From the IMG/VR virus record IMGVR_UViG_3300045988_076562, positions 1 through 34,686 of that record: a stretch of DNA of 34,686 nt. One strand, written 5' to 3'. A model generated the notes under the pieces. That model searched no databases, was not told the DNA's origin, and saw only the letters and a list, made by a program, of their open reading frames with translations. Source of the stretch: a virus. A program made the position numbers and the translations under genes. Of the stretch, positions 17,830 through 25,968 are shown piece by piece. Numbering within the stretch: the stretch's first letter is position 1; every line of letters begins with the position of its first letter.

Positions 17830-18051
17830 AACGTCTAATTCTTCAATTATTCCATATAAAGCAGTAGATATTGATGATTTTAACATGAGATGCAAGGAGT
17901 CTTTGATAGCGAGACTTTCAGCGTAACCTTTAGAATAATCAAAATACTTTGCAAGATTTTTGCTGAATTCTTTTTCAAATTCAACAACTCCGCGGTCGGC
18001 TGCTGCTTGTGCTATAAATTCAATTTTATTTTTACTTATTTGTTTCGACAC
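17821..18051 (-). CDS. Hypothetical 76-aa protein, reverse-oriented with its own promoter
   Basis: GTG start 7 nt after aaggaga. Its 3' end overlaps the convergent 50-aa ORF by 9 nt. Confidence 0.65.
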   Translation of the reverse strand: MSKQISKNKIEFIAQAAADRGVVEFEKEFSKNLAKYFDYSKGYAESLAIKDSLHLMLKSSISTALYGIIEELDVSK

Positions 18052-18097
18052 GATAATTCTCCTTTCGTAATTATTCCGACTGGTACTCGGTAATTAC

Positions 18098-18126
18098 AGT
18101 ATAGGAGATACACAGATAAATGGCAA
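18098..18126 (-). promoter_or_regulatory. Promoter for the reverse-strand gene (TTGCCA-17-TATACT on the minus strand)
   Basis: -35 at 18121-18126, 17-nt spacer, -10 at 18098-18103. The leader contains a gtaatta...taattac hairpin. Confidence 0.55.
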
Positions 18127-18193
18127 TAAAGATACATAAGAACGCGAAACAAGGACAAACAGCGGAGCATATCTTTAAGAGAGGTGATGAGAA

Positions 18194-18307
18194 ATGAAGC
18201 CGGATATGGAAAAAATCATAGCGGTATTGATCTCCTTAATAGAGGAGCAGGAACATGTAGAAATTGACTACACACTTGAAAAGATTACAGAAGAGAAAAC
18301 CGCTTAG
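18194..18307 (+). CDS. Hypothetical 37-aa protein
   Basis: ATG after the gaggtgatgag RBS region. MKPDMEKIIAVLISLIEEQEH... Confidence 0.4.
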   Translation: MKPDMEKIIAVLISLIEEQEHVEIDYTLEKITEEKTA

Positions 18308-18331
18308 GCGGTAGAAAGGAGGTGGACAAGC

Positions 18332-18508
18332 ATGAGCATTTGGGGAATTTTTCAGAAGCACGGAAAAATCGAGCAATACGAAAAGAAAAGCGAACCGATG
18401 GGGGATATCATTCCGTTTCCGGAGAAAGAAAAGAAAGGACTGGAAGAATTGAAGTTTATTGATATTAACCACCCAGTAAAAAAGAGCGCACGGTTGGGGA
18501 ACCGGTAA
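18332..18508 (+). CDS. Hypothetical 58-aa protein
   Basis: ATG 9 nt after aaggagg. MSIWGIFQKHGKIEQYEKK... Confidence 0.5.
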   Translation: MSIWGIFQKHGKIEQYEKKSEPMGDIIPFPEKEKKGLEELKFIDINHPVKKSARLGNR

Positions 18509-18562
18509 TGCGCTCTAGTAATAATCCAATTTAATTATAAAGGGAAAAAGAAGGAAAGTCAA

Positions 18563-19012
18563 ATGATAAGGGAAAAAGCTGAGAAGATTTTGCCTGCAAT
18601 AGGAATCGATATGCGATTAAAAGGCGCACAGTACATTGTATACATCATGGAACTATTTGAGGAAGGCTGGGAATGGAAAACGGTAAAAACGATGATCCTC
18701 TACGAAAAAGTGGCTAGGAAATACAAAGTGACATGCGGAGCGGTAGAGCGAGCAATCAGATACGCATTTGGCGAAGCGTTAAGCAGAGGAAACCTGAAAA
18801 TGTTATCCAAGTATTTAGATACCACCGAAACACAAAACAGAAAGCTACTGGAAAGTCTATATATGAATCTGATCAAATATAAAACTCCAAAAGAGCACCT
18901 GGAAGAGACCAGGAAAGAAACAATACAAATGCTACGCTTTGTAAAGACAGAGGCAGAAAGATTGTTGGAAAATCTGGAAAAAGAAAACCCCTACGATTTG
19001 GGAGAACCGTAG
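18563..19012 (+). CDS. Stand-alone Spo0A C-terminal (DNA-binding) domain protein, no receiver domain
   Basis: LKGAQYIVYIMEL and YEKVARKYKVTCGAVERAIRYAFGEALSRGN match B. subtilis Spo0A IKGYLYLREAISMV and [31 protein letters not shown]. Confidence 0.8.
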   Translation: MIREKAEKILPAIGIDMRLKGAQYIVYIMELFEEGWEWKTVKTMILYEKVARKYKVTCGAVERAIRYAFGEALSRGNLKMLSKYLDTTETQNRKLLESLYMNLIKYKTPKEHLEETRKETIQMLRFVKTEAERLLENLEKENPYDLGEP

Positions 19013-19080
19013 GGGTAAGCTATACAGCTTTAAACACCTACCTTTAGTATAAAGTTTGTATGGCAGGATGTCAAGGAAAT

Positions 19081-19103
19081 AAGAGGAAAATGACCTCTTT
19101 TTA
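19081..19103 (+). terminator. Rho-independent terminator after the Spo0A-like gene
   Basis: aagagg-aaaatga-cctctt followed by tttta. Confidence 0.6.
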
Positions 19104-19148
19104 AACTTGATTAGGATATTAAACTTACGGCTAAGGGAGGACAGAAAA

Positions 19149-19895
19149 ATGTACAAGCGGGATATATGGAGCTTTAAAGACTCTATGGAGGTGGAGGAAA
19201 AGCACACCGGGAGATATGGAGCACCGGGACAGAAGCGGGAAAAGAAAAAGAAAGCCACTCCGGAGCAGATTAAGAAGCAGAATCAATGGATCAAGGTAAG
19301 AAAAGTAAGAAGACTGATTAAGTGGAACTTTTCAGAGGGAGACTACTGGCTAACATTTACATACAGAGCGACTGACAGACCAAAGAACATGGAGGCTGCC
19401 AAAAAGGACATGTCAAATCTCTTAAACAGATTAAAGTATCACTACAAAAAGCAGGACAAGCAGTTAAAGTGGATCCTAAAGATGGAGCAGGGAGCAAGAG
19501 GGGCCATACATGCGCATGCGATTATAAACCGGATAGATGGAGGAGACCTACTAATTAGCAAGCAATGGAAAAAAGGACGAGTCCACATGCAGCTGCTTTA
19601 CGAAGAGGGAGGCTTCCAAGATTTGGCAGAGTACATTGCCAAGGTATCAGATTTGTCTCAGGGCGAGCCATATTCCAGATCTCGCAATATGATAGAGCAC
19701 GATCCGGAAACCAAGATTTTAAAACGCAGGACATGGAAAAAGGAGATTAAGCCTCCAAAAGGCTATTATGTGGACAAGACCTCCGTTGTGGAGGGAATCA
19801 ATCCAGTAACCGGATACCCATATAGATACTACACATTAATCAAGATAGGGGGGGATACAAGTGTACAAGGTAAACATATACATCGAGGCGGATAA
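19149..19895 (+). CDS. HUH rolling-circle replication initiator (pC194/pUB110 Rep_1-like motifs)
   Basis: Start at MYKRDIW after aagggagga. Motif I-like YWLTFTY, HUH motif AIHAHAII, Tyr motif LAEYIAKVSD. Confidence 0.75.
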   Translation: MYKRDIWSFKDSMEVEEKHTGRYGAPGQKREKKKKATPEQIKKQNQWIKVRKVRRLIKWNFSEGDYWLTFTYRATDRPKNMEAAKKDMSNLLNRLKYHYKKQDKQLKWILKMEQGARGAIHAHAIINRIDGGDLLISKQWKKGRVHMQLLYEEGGFQDLAEYIAKVSDLSQGEPYSRSRNMIEHDPETKILKRRTWKKEIKPPKGYYVDKTSVVEGINPVTGYPYRYYTLIKIGGDTSVQGKHIHRGG

Positions 19896-20292
19896 AAAAG
19901 CGCCGCAACGATTGGAAAGAAGATACTGCTTCCTCCTGGAGTACATCCGCAAGAGCGGAAAAGCAGAAACAAGATTTGCTTCGAAGAAAGCATGGAGCAC
20001 TTACAACGCAGCAGTCATAGAGGCCACCGTTGAAGCCTTAAGAAGATTAGATCAGAACTGCGAAGTGTTGATTTATACAGACAACAGATATGTAAAAGGA
20101 ATGTTTGAGACACAGCTGGATACATGGGAAAAGAAAGATTTTAAAGCGAGTACCGGAAGGGATGTTGCTCACAGAAAAGAGTGGGAGAAAATCAGCGCAT
20201 ATAGACGGCAGCACATCATAAAGTTTGTTGGGAATGACTGGGAACATACAAATTTGCTTCGAGAGGAGATGGAAAAATGCAAAGCGAACTAG
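19861..20292 (+). CDS. RNase H-like fold protein with partly diverged catalytic residues
   Basis: GTG start. EVLIYTDNRYVKGMFETQLDTWEKKDFK aligns to E. coli RNase HI [28 protein letters not shown]. The Glu48 equivalent appears replaced. Confidence 0.55.
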   Translation: MYKVNIYIEADKKAPQRLERRYCFLLEYIRKSGKAETRFASKKAWSTYNAAVIEATVEALRRLDQNCEVLIYTDNRYVKGMFETQLDTWEKKDFKASTGRDVAHRKEWEKISAYRRQHIIKFVGNDWEHTNLLREEMEKCKAN

Positions 20293-20510
20293 AAATTGCC
20301 AAAAAAGAAGCCAGATCCATGTATGACGGAGTTGACAGAGGCAGATACATAGGGGAAGAGCAGGTAAGGGGTACTACTTACTACTTTTACTATAACGGTA
20401 AGGAATATCTGTACGAAACAGATTACGACCGAAAACAAGAGGAAAAGAGGAGAAAACGCGATGAAGAAAGAAGAAAGACTAAGACGAGAAGGTATGGCTT
20501 ACGCGCTTAG
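20277..20510 (+). CDS. Hypothetical protein with a basic C-terminus
   Basis: 77 aa, RBS ggag, overlaps neighbours on both sides. Confidence 0.55.
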   Translation: MQSELEIAKKEARSMYDGVDRGRYIGEEQVRGTTYYFYYNGKEYLYETDYDRKQEEKRRKRDEERRKTKTRRYGLRA

Positions 20511-20985
20511 AGTAGCAAAAGAAAAAGGAATTGAAGCATTGGAAAGTGACATGAAAGCAAGGGGAATCTTGGAACTCCCTCTTGCGATGAAAAGTTATGA
20601 CGGCATGAGAGAACTTTATAACATGCTTGCAATGAGGATTGTATCCACAATCAAAACAGTCACTCTCTGGACACTATACGAAAAGCACGGATGGAGAAAA
20701 AAGAGAATCGGAGACTTTGAAAAAGAATTAAATAGAGTCTGCGCCGACTGCCTGGAACTGGATCGCTTTGGTGGAAATTACGTAAAAGTAAGCGACTATG
20801 CAGCAGAACTAAAGGAAACATGTGATGTAGACCTCAATTTTGAAATCTTAAGTCAGATTGACGAGGAGAACACCAAAGCAAGAGGGCAATACATCTCTGT
20901 CGAGGCAGTCGCAGAAATCCTCCGCAATGCCGGATTAGACGAAGTAGCAGATGAAATCATCAGAAAGGTGGAGGAGAACAGATGA
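20461..20985 (+). CDS. Hypothetical protein
   Basis: 174 aa, aggag RBS. Alternative start at 20494. ATGA overlap with parA. Confidence 0.65.
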   Translation: MKKEERLRREGMAYALRVAKEKGIEALESDMKARGILELPLAMKSYDGMRELYNMLAMRIVSTIKTVTLWTLYEKHGWRKKRIGDFEKELNRVCADCLELDRFGGNYVKVSDYAAELKETCDVDLNFEILSQIDEENTKARGQYISVEAVAEILRNAGLDEVADEIIRKVEENR

Positions 20986-21731
20986 AAATAACAAGCATCG
21001 TAAATTTAAAAGGCGGTACTGGCAAAACAACCACCAGTGTGGCCATGATTGAACTCCTATCCAGAAAAGAGAGGGTACTGGCAATTGACAACGACAAGCA
21101 GGGGAATCTCTATCAGGCATTTAAAAGATACACTCCAGAGCGCATGATTGGAAGCCCCGTCATGCTTTTAACTGGAAAAGCGAAGGGAAACATCCTGCAT
21201 ACCGACAATCCATGCATAGACATTATCCCATGCAACATCTACATGGAGAAAGCGGAAAAAGAAGTGTTGCTTGGAAACGTAGCACAGCATGACCGGTATC
21301 AAAAGGCACTGTCCGAGTTGGTGGGATATGAGCGCTGCATAATAGACAACCCACCCGACATCGGAATGAACGTGATCAATGCACTGATCGCATCAGACGA
21401 GATAATAATCCCGATCAATTTGGACAATTACTCACTGGATGGAATGGTCGAGATGATGAATCAGATCCAGAACATCACAGAAATTAATCGGAAAGCCAAC
21501 CTCACCGGAATCCTGATCACAGACTTTGAAAAGACCGAAGCTGCACTACAAGCCGAAGAATGGCTGCGGAAAGAATATGGAAAACGAATATTTGACATAA
21601 AAATACGGCATTCCCGGCAGGCAAAGGATGCAACGCTCTGCCAGGTGCCGGTAACGCAGTACTCTTCCCGGTGCGGAGCCACCCAGGATTATAAAAAGTT
21701 TGTAGAGGAGTATCTAAGGAGGGAGAGATAA
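20982..21731 (+). CDS. parA: ParA/Soj-family partition ATPase
   Basis: Deviant Walker A NLKGGTGKTTT at the N-terminus. 249 aa. Confidence 0.9.
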   Translation: MKITSIVNLKGGTGKTTTSVAMIELLSRKERVLAIDNDKQGNLYQAFKRYTPERMIGSPVMLLTGKAKGNILHTDNPCIDIIPCNIYMEKAEKEVLLGNVAQHDRYQKALSELVGYERCIIDNPPDIGMNVINALIASDEIIIPINLDNYSLDGMVEMMNQIQNITEINRKANLTGILITDFEKTEAALQAEEWLRKEYGKRIFDIKIRHSRQAKDATLCQVPVTQYSSRCGATQDYKKFVEEYLRRER

Positions 21732-22636
21732 TGGGATTTAATGTACTGGACACATTAAACAGCAAGAGCAGGCAGCAGGCACAGACTGGCCAGTTAAGCA
21801 ATTGGTACGCAAACATGACCTACGAGGAAACAAAAGCCGGAATCCGAGACGGAATCACCAAAATCAAGGAGTCTTTTGTGGAGGTTGGGTATTATCTCCG
21901 CAAAATCCAAAGGACGGAGGAATATAAAGCAGACGGATACAAGGACATCTGGGAGTTTGCGGATCAAGAATATGGACTGCACCGCAGCACCGCCAGCCGA
22001 TGGATGAGCATAAATCAAGCATTTAGCCAAAACGGGGAAAGCCCATACCTAAAAGAGGAGTATCGGCGGTTTAGTAAGAGTCAGTTGCAGGAAATGCTTT
22101 ACCTGGAGGAGGACACCCGGCAGCAGGTCAAGGAAGACATGACAGTAAGGGAAATCAGAGAGCTGCGGAAAGAGGAAAGCATTGAAAATACAATGCAAGA
22201 AGAGATTCCGGGACAAATGGAAATACACGATTATCCGGAAGTAGTAGAGGGAGTGACCGAAGAATCTTTCCGGGAGACGCAAACAATCACAGAAGAGCAG
22301 CAGGAAGAACCTCGGGAGGAGATAATCGAAGCAGAATACAAAGAAGCATTTCCGGTTTTGAAGAACAAAGAAGAGAGGGAAGCGTTTTTGAACGATTACC
22401 ACAAGTGGCCAGTATGGTGCAGAAACACCTACACCGAAGAAACATTTTACCGATACGACCTTCCGGATGGATCTGCGATAATCGTAAAAGAGTATCCTTA
22501 CACCAGTTGGAAAGGAGAAAGCGAAGGGAAAGAAAAGTATCTTTTAGAACCGGATACAAAGCATTTCGCGGATGGAAAAACCAACACCACCGCCCTGATC
22601 GAGCACCTAAAGGAGGTTGGAAAGTGTCGGAAATGA
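21731..22636 (+). CDS. ParB-like / DUF3102-like HTH DNA-binding protein (putative ParA partner)
   Basis: Coupled to parA (ATAATG overlap). YGLHRSTASRWMSINQAF is HTH-like. Acidic central linker. Confidence 0.6.
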   Translation: MGFNVLDTLNSKSRQQAQTGQLSNWYANMTYEETKAGIRDGITKIKESFVEVGYYLRKIQRTEEYKADGYKDIWEFADQEYGLHRSTASRWMSINQAFSQNGESPYLKEEYRRFSKSQLQEMLYLEEDTRQQVKEDMTVREIRELRKEESIENTMQEEIPGQMEIHDYPEVVEGVTEESFRETQTITEEQQEEPREEIIEAEYKEAFPVLKNKEEREAFLNDYHKWPVWCRNTYTEETFYRYDLPDGSAIIVKEYPYTSWKGESEGKEKYLLEPDTKHFADGKTNTTALIEHLKEVGKCRK

Positions 22637-23052
22637 TGTTCCCGAAGCCGGGAAAAAGAAAAAAGACCAAAAAGAAGACAAAATCTATCATGCACAAAAA
22701 AGACGGAACATGCTATTTATGCTGCCTATCTGGAAATTACAGAAAACATGCTTGCGTGCAAGAACACCATGTCTTTCCAGGAGCGGACCGGCAAAACAGC
22801 GAAGAAACCGGATTGAAAGTATACCTTTGAGTGCGACATCACACCTCCGGACCGGAGGCAGTACACAACAATAAAGAAAATGATCTGATCTTAAGGAAAC
22901 TTGCGCAGCAGGCTTATGAGTGTGATCACACCCGAGAGGAGTTTAGAGCAAAGTTTCAAGAGGATAATCTGACCGGAATTGTGGATAACACACCGGAACC
23001 CAAACAGGAAAAGTGGACAGATGGATTCCATTTTATTGACGAAGCCTTATGA
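22624..23052 (+). pseudogene. HNH-like zinc-finger protein interrupted by one in-frame TGA (22828-22830): pseudogene, split gene or recoded
   Basis: GTG 7 nt after aggagg. CYLC...EHHVF...KVYL-TGA-VRHHTSGPEAVHNN. Both halves are in the same frame and separated only by the stop. Confidence 0.55.
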
Positions 23053-23129
23053 TCTAAGGATTTAATATATCACAGCAACTCATCAACCTATCGGAGGAGG
23101 GGCAGATCGCCCCTCAGAAAGGAGTTAAA

Positions 23130-23324
23130 ATGAAACGAGACAAAGCGGTAAAGAAGATATTAGAAAAGGGAAAGCCCTGGCAGAGGCTGGTATTAATACA
23201 CCTGATGCGGGCAAGAATGGACTTTGCCCTCTCTGCGGAAGAAGAGAGAGCCCAGGAAGAGATAGAAAAGATTATAAATAAATTTGTAAACAAGGTAATA
23301 AAGGAGATCAACAGTGAAGCTTGA
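23130..23324 (+). CDS. Hypothetical protein
   Basis: 64 aa, aaggag RBS. Preceded by the hairpin gaggggc-agatc-gcccctc (23097-23115). Confidence 0.6.
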   Translation: MKRDKAVKKILEKGKPWQRLVLIHLMRARMDFALSAEEERAQEEIEKIINKFVNKVIKEINSEA

Positions 23325-23484
23325 TATGCCACCACACAAGAAACGCTGCGCAAAGTGCAAATACAGCGTAAAATTGCAATCCACAGTCTTATGTGACTAT
23401 CTGGAGAAAACCGGTCACAGAAGAGAATGCGATGCAGAAGCATGTACAAAATTTGAATCAAGGAGGAGAAAGAAAAATGATTAA
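23314..23484 (+). CDS. Small Cys-rich (zinc-ribbon-like) protein
   Basis: GTG 7 nt after aaggag. CAKC...CDY...C...C pattern. Confidence 0.55.
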   Translation: MKLDMPPHKKRCAKCKYSVKLQSTVLCDYLEKTGHRRECDAEACTKFESRRRKKND

Positions 23485-23731
23485 AACAGAAAGAGGAACA
23501 ACAGAAATTAAAGGGGAAATCAATGAGATTTTAACAGATTACGAGTTGATTGCACGAGCAATGAGAAAAGCTCTAAGCGAGAAAATGGGAGAAGAAAAAG
23601 CAATAGAAGAATTGGAAAAAGTGATAGAAAACTCCAAGATGAGCGAGGAAGAAAGAGTAGAGAGTATCGTGGAAAGAATGAGCAGGGAAATTGCAGAAAA
23701 CATCCGAAAGTTTATGACAAAAAGAAAATGA
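23477..23731 (+). CDS. Hypothetical protein, paralog A
   Basis: Start MIKTERGTTEIKGE after aaggaggag. Similar to the product of 23811-24074. Confidence 0.65.
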   Translation: MIKTERGTTEIKGEINEILTDYELIARAMRKALSEKMGEEKAIEELEKVIENSKMSEEERVESIVERMSREIAENIRKFMTKRK

Positions 23732-23810
23732 GAAGAGCCAGACTGGTGGGAAGAGCCGTGTGGCTCTTTCCGGGCAGAAGCCGATAAGAGGATATGGAAG
23801 GAGAAAGAGA

Positions 23811-24074
23811 ATGATTTGGATCAAAGAAGGAAATATAGAAATAGAAGGAACAGTGGAGGAAGTCAGAGCAGATTACACCATAATAACAAAAGCAGTAAGG
23901 AATAGTCTGGCCAAAATGATTGGAAAGGAAAATACTGATAAAGAGTTGGATAAAATGGTGGCATTGGCCAAAATGGAAATAGATGACTTGGTGGAGGCTT
24001 GCTCGAAAGGAGCGACACCGGAGGAAAAAGAAGAACTGAAAAGAATACTGAAGGAAGAGACGGGAGAAGATTAG
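23811..24074 (+). CDS. Hypothetical protein, paralog B
   Basis: Start MIWIKEGNIEIEGT 7 nt after aaggag. Similar to the product of 23477-23731. Confidence 0.65.
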   Translation: MIWIKEGNIEIEGTVEEVRADYTIITKAVRNSLAKMIGKENTDKELDKMVALAKMEIDDLVEACSKGATPEEKEELKRILKEETGED

Positions 24075-24077
24075 AAA

Positions 24078-24350
24078 ATGGAAACAAGGATGGACAGAAT
24101 CACAACCAGAATGATGGAACATATCTGCGATAATCTCTGCAAGTATCCAGATCAGCTGAACGAGGAAGAATTAGAAGAAAAATGCACAGGATGTAAGATG
24201 GAAAAATATGTATGCGACATCTTAAACCACCACAACAAATGCAAAGAGATCTGTGAGGAGTGTACAGATTGCAGATGGCAGCAGTTAAATGGCGGCACTT
24301 GCAAAGGCGGTAAGGCAAGATGCGGGCAGTTTGTAGCGGAGAGGGAGTAA
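24078..24350 (+). CDS. Cys-rich hypothetical protein
   Basis: 90 aa with many CxxC-type pairs. Confidence 0.6.
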   Translation: METRMDRITTRMMEHICDNLCKYPDQLNEEELEEKCTGCKMEKYVCDILNHHNKCKEICEECTDCRWQQLNGGTCKGGKARCGQFVAERE

Positions 24351-25717
24351 TGAAGATGGATGATTTAATAATCGACTGTTTCGCTGGTGGAGGCGGAGCA
24401 AGCGTAGGTATAGAGATGGCACTAGGAAGACATGTAGATATTGCAATTAATCATGATCCGGATGCAATTTTGATGCACAAGACAAACCATCCGAAAACAT
24501 TGCATCTCACAGAAGATATCTTCAAGGTGGATTTGAAGAAATATGTGCAAGGAAAGCGAGTTGCTTTAATGTGGGCGAGTCCAGATTGCACCAGCCACAG
24601 TAAGGCGAAAGGTGGGAAACCGAGGGAAAAAGGGCTTCGAATTTTGCCTTGGGCGGTATACAAACACGCAAAAGCAATTCTTCCTGATGTGATTATCATG
24701 GAAAATGTGGAAGAGATTCAGCAATGGGGACCTCTTGATGAAAACGGGCATCCGATTAAGGAACGACGCGGGGAAGACTATAAGAAATTTATCACAGCAA
24801 TGCAGAGTCTTGGTTATATTTTTGACTGTCGGGAGCTTATTGCGGCAGACTACGGGGCGCCGACTACCAGGAAGCGATGGTATGCGATTTTCCGGAGAGA
24901 CGGAAAGAACATTGTGTGGCCAAATCAAACACATTTCAGCGATAAACAGCCAAAGTGGTTGAAGTGCGGAGAATATATTGGCTGGTCCGATCTGGGGAAA
25001 TCGATATTCGACAGACCGAAGCCACTAGCAGAAGCAACTATGAAAAGGATTGCAAACGGAATAAGAAAATATGTGTTAGATAATCCAACTCCTTATATTG
25101 TGAGGAATAAAGAAGCTGTCACATTTATGATCCAATACCATGGAGAAACAAAAGATGGAGATGCAAGAGGGCAAGTGTTAACAGAACCGATTAAAACAAT
25201 AGATACATCGAATAGATATGGTTTAGTAACAGCTTTTATTACAAAGTTCTACAAGAGTGGAATTGGTCAAGGATGCGATGATCCCTTGCACACAATAACG
25301 ACATCGCCAGGACATTTCGGTCTGATATCCGCATTCCTGATTAAGTACTACGGATCCGGAGGGGGACAAACGCTTACAGAGCCGCTTGCAACAATTACTA
25401 CAAAAGATCGATTCGGACTTGTAAATGCTATTTTAGATATTGAAGATGAGCAGTATATACTAAAGGATATTTTTCTAAGGATGCTAAAACCGGAGGAGCT
25501 TAAACTAATGCAGGGATTTCCGAAAGACTATATTATTGATCGAGATTATAACTGGAAGAAATATCCAATCGCGAAACAAGTGGCAAGAATAGGGAATAGC
25601 GTGGTCCCGATAATGGCGCAAAAATTAGTAGAAGCAAATTGTCCATATTTAAGGGTTGGAGAACGGATACCGAACATACGGATTGATGATAGCCAGGATC
25701 AGTTACGGTTTGCGTAA
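24350..25717 (+). CDS. DNA (cytosine-5)-methyltransferase, orphan
   Basis: Motif I DCFAGGGG, motif IV variant SPDCTSHS, motif VI ENV, motif X GNSV. No adjacent restriction endonuclease candidate. Confidence 0.85.
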   Translation: MKMDDLIIDCFAGGGGASVGIEMALGRHVDIAINHDPDAILMHKTNHPKTLHLTEDIFKVDLKKYVQGKRVALMWASPDCTSHSKAKGGKPREKGLRILPWAVYKHAKAILPDVIIMENVEEIQQWGPLDENGHPIKERRGEDYKKFITAMQSLGYIFDCRELIAADYGAPTTRKRWYAIFRRDGKNIVWPNQTHFSDKQPKWLKCGEYIGWSDLGKSIFDRPKPLAEATMKRIANGIRKYVLDNPTPYIVRNKEAVTFMIQYHGETKDGDARGQVLTEPIKTIDTSNRYGLVTAFITKFYKSGIGQGCDDPLHTITTSPGHFGLISAFLIKYYGSGGGQTLTEPLATITTKDRFGLVNAILDIEDEQYILKDIFLRMLKPEELKLMQGFPKDYIIDRDYNWKKYPIAKQVARIGNSVVPIMAQKLVEANCPYLRVGERIPNIRIDDSQDQLRFA

Positions 25718-25723
25718 GGAATA

Positions 25724-25957
25724 ATGATGAGGATTGGAGTGAACAGCTTGGAAGATATAAAACTTTTAATACGGATCGGAACAGCGGTATGCGGCATATA
25801 CTTATACATTATGGCATGGATCCAGGTATTGGAAAATGACTTGACATTGTATGACGGTGATGACGCGCTGGAGAAAACCTTTAAGATACTCGGTAAAGCA
25901 TTTTTGTGTGTGCATCTGATAGCCTTGTTAGGTGCTATTGTGTGGGCGTGGATTTAG
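25724..25957 (+). CDS. Small membrane protein (two hydrophobic segments)
   Basis: 77 aa with hydrophobic stretches GTAVCGIYLYIMAWI and FLCVHLIALLGAIVWAWI. Confidence 0.6.
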   Translation: MMRIGVNSLEDIKLLIRIGTAVCGIYLYIMAWIQVLENDLTLYDGDDALEKTFKILGKAFLCVHLIALLGAIVWAWI

Positions 25958-25968
25958 GAGGCGTAACA

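Noticed and set aside
18484-18516. Hairpin gagcgca...tgcgctc at the end of the 58-aa ORF as a terminator
   Set aside because: The stem is interrupted and no T tract follows. It may be structural, but it is not a convincing intrinsic terminator.
22405-22874. The 141-aa ORF 22405-22830 as drawn in the track, and the alternative-frame ORF 22617-22874
   Set aside because: The upstream 70 codons of the first overlap the ParB-like gene in another frame with no RBS. The real start is the GTG at 22624 after aggagg. The second ORF overlaps it out of frame and has no RBS.
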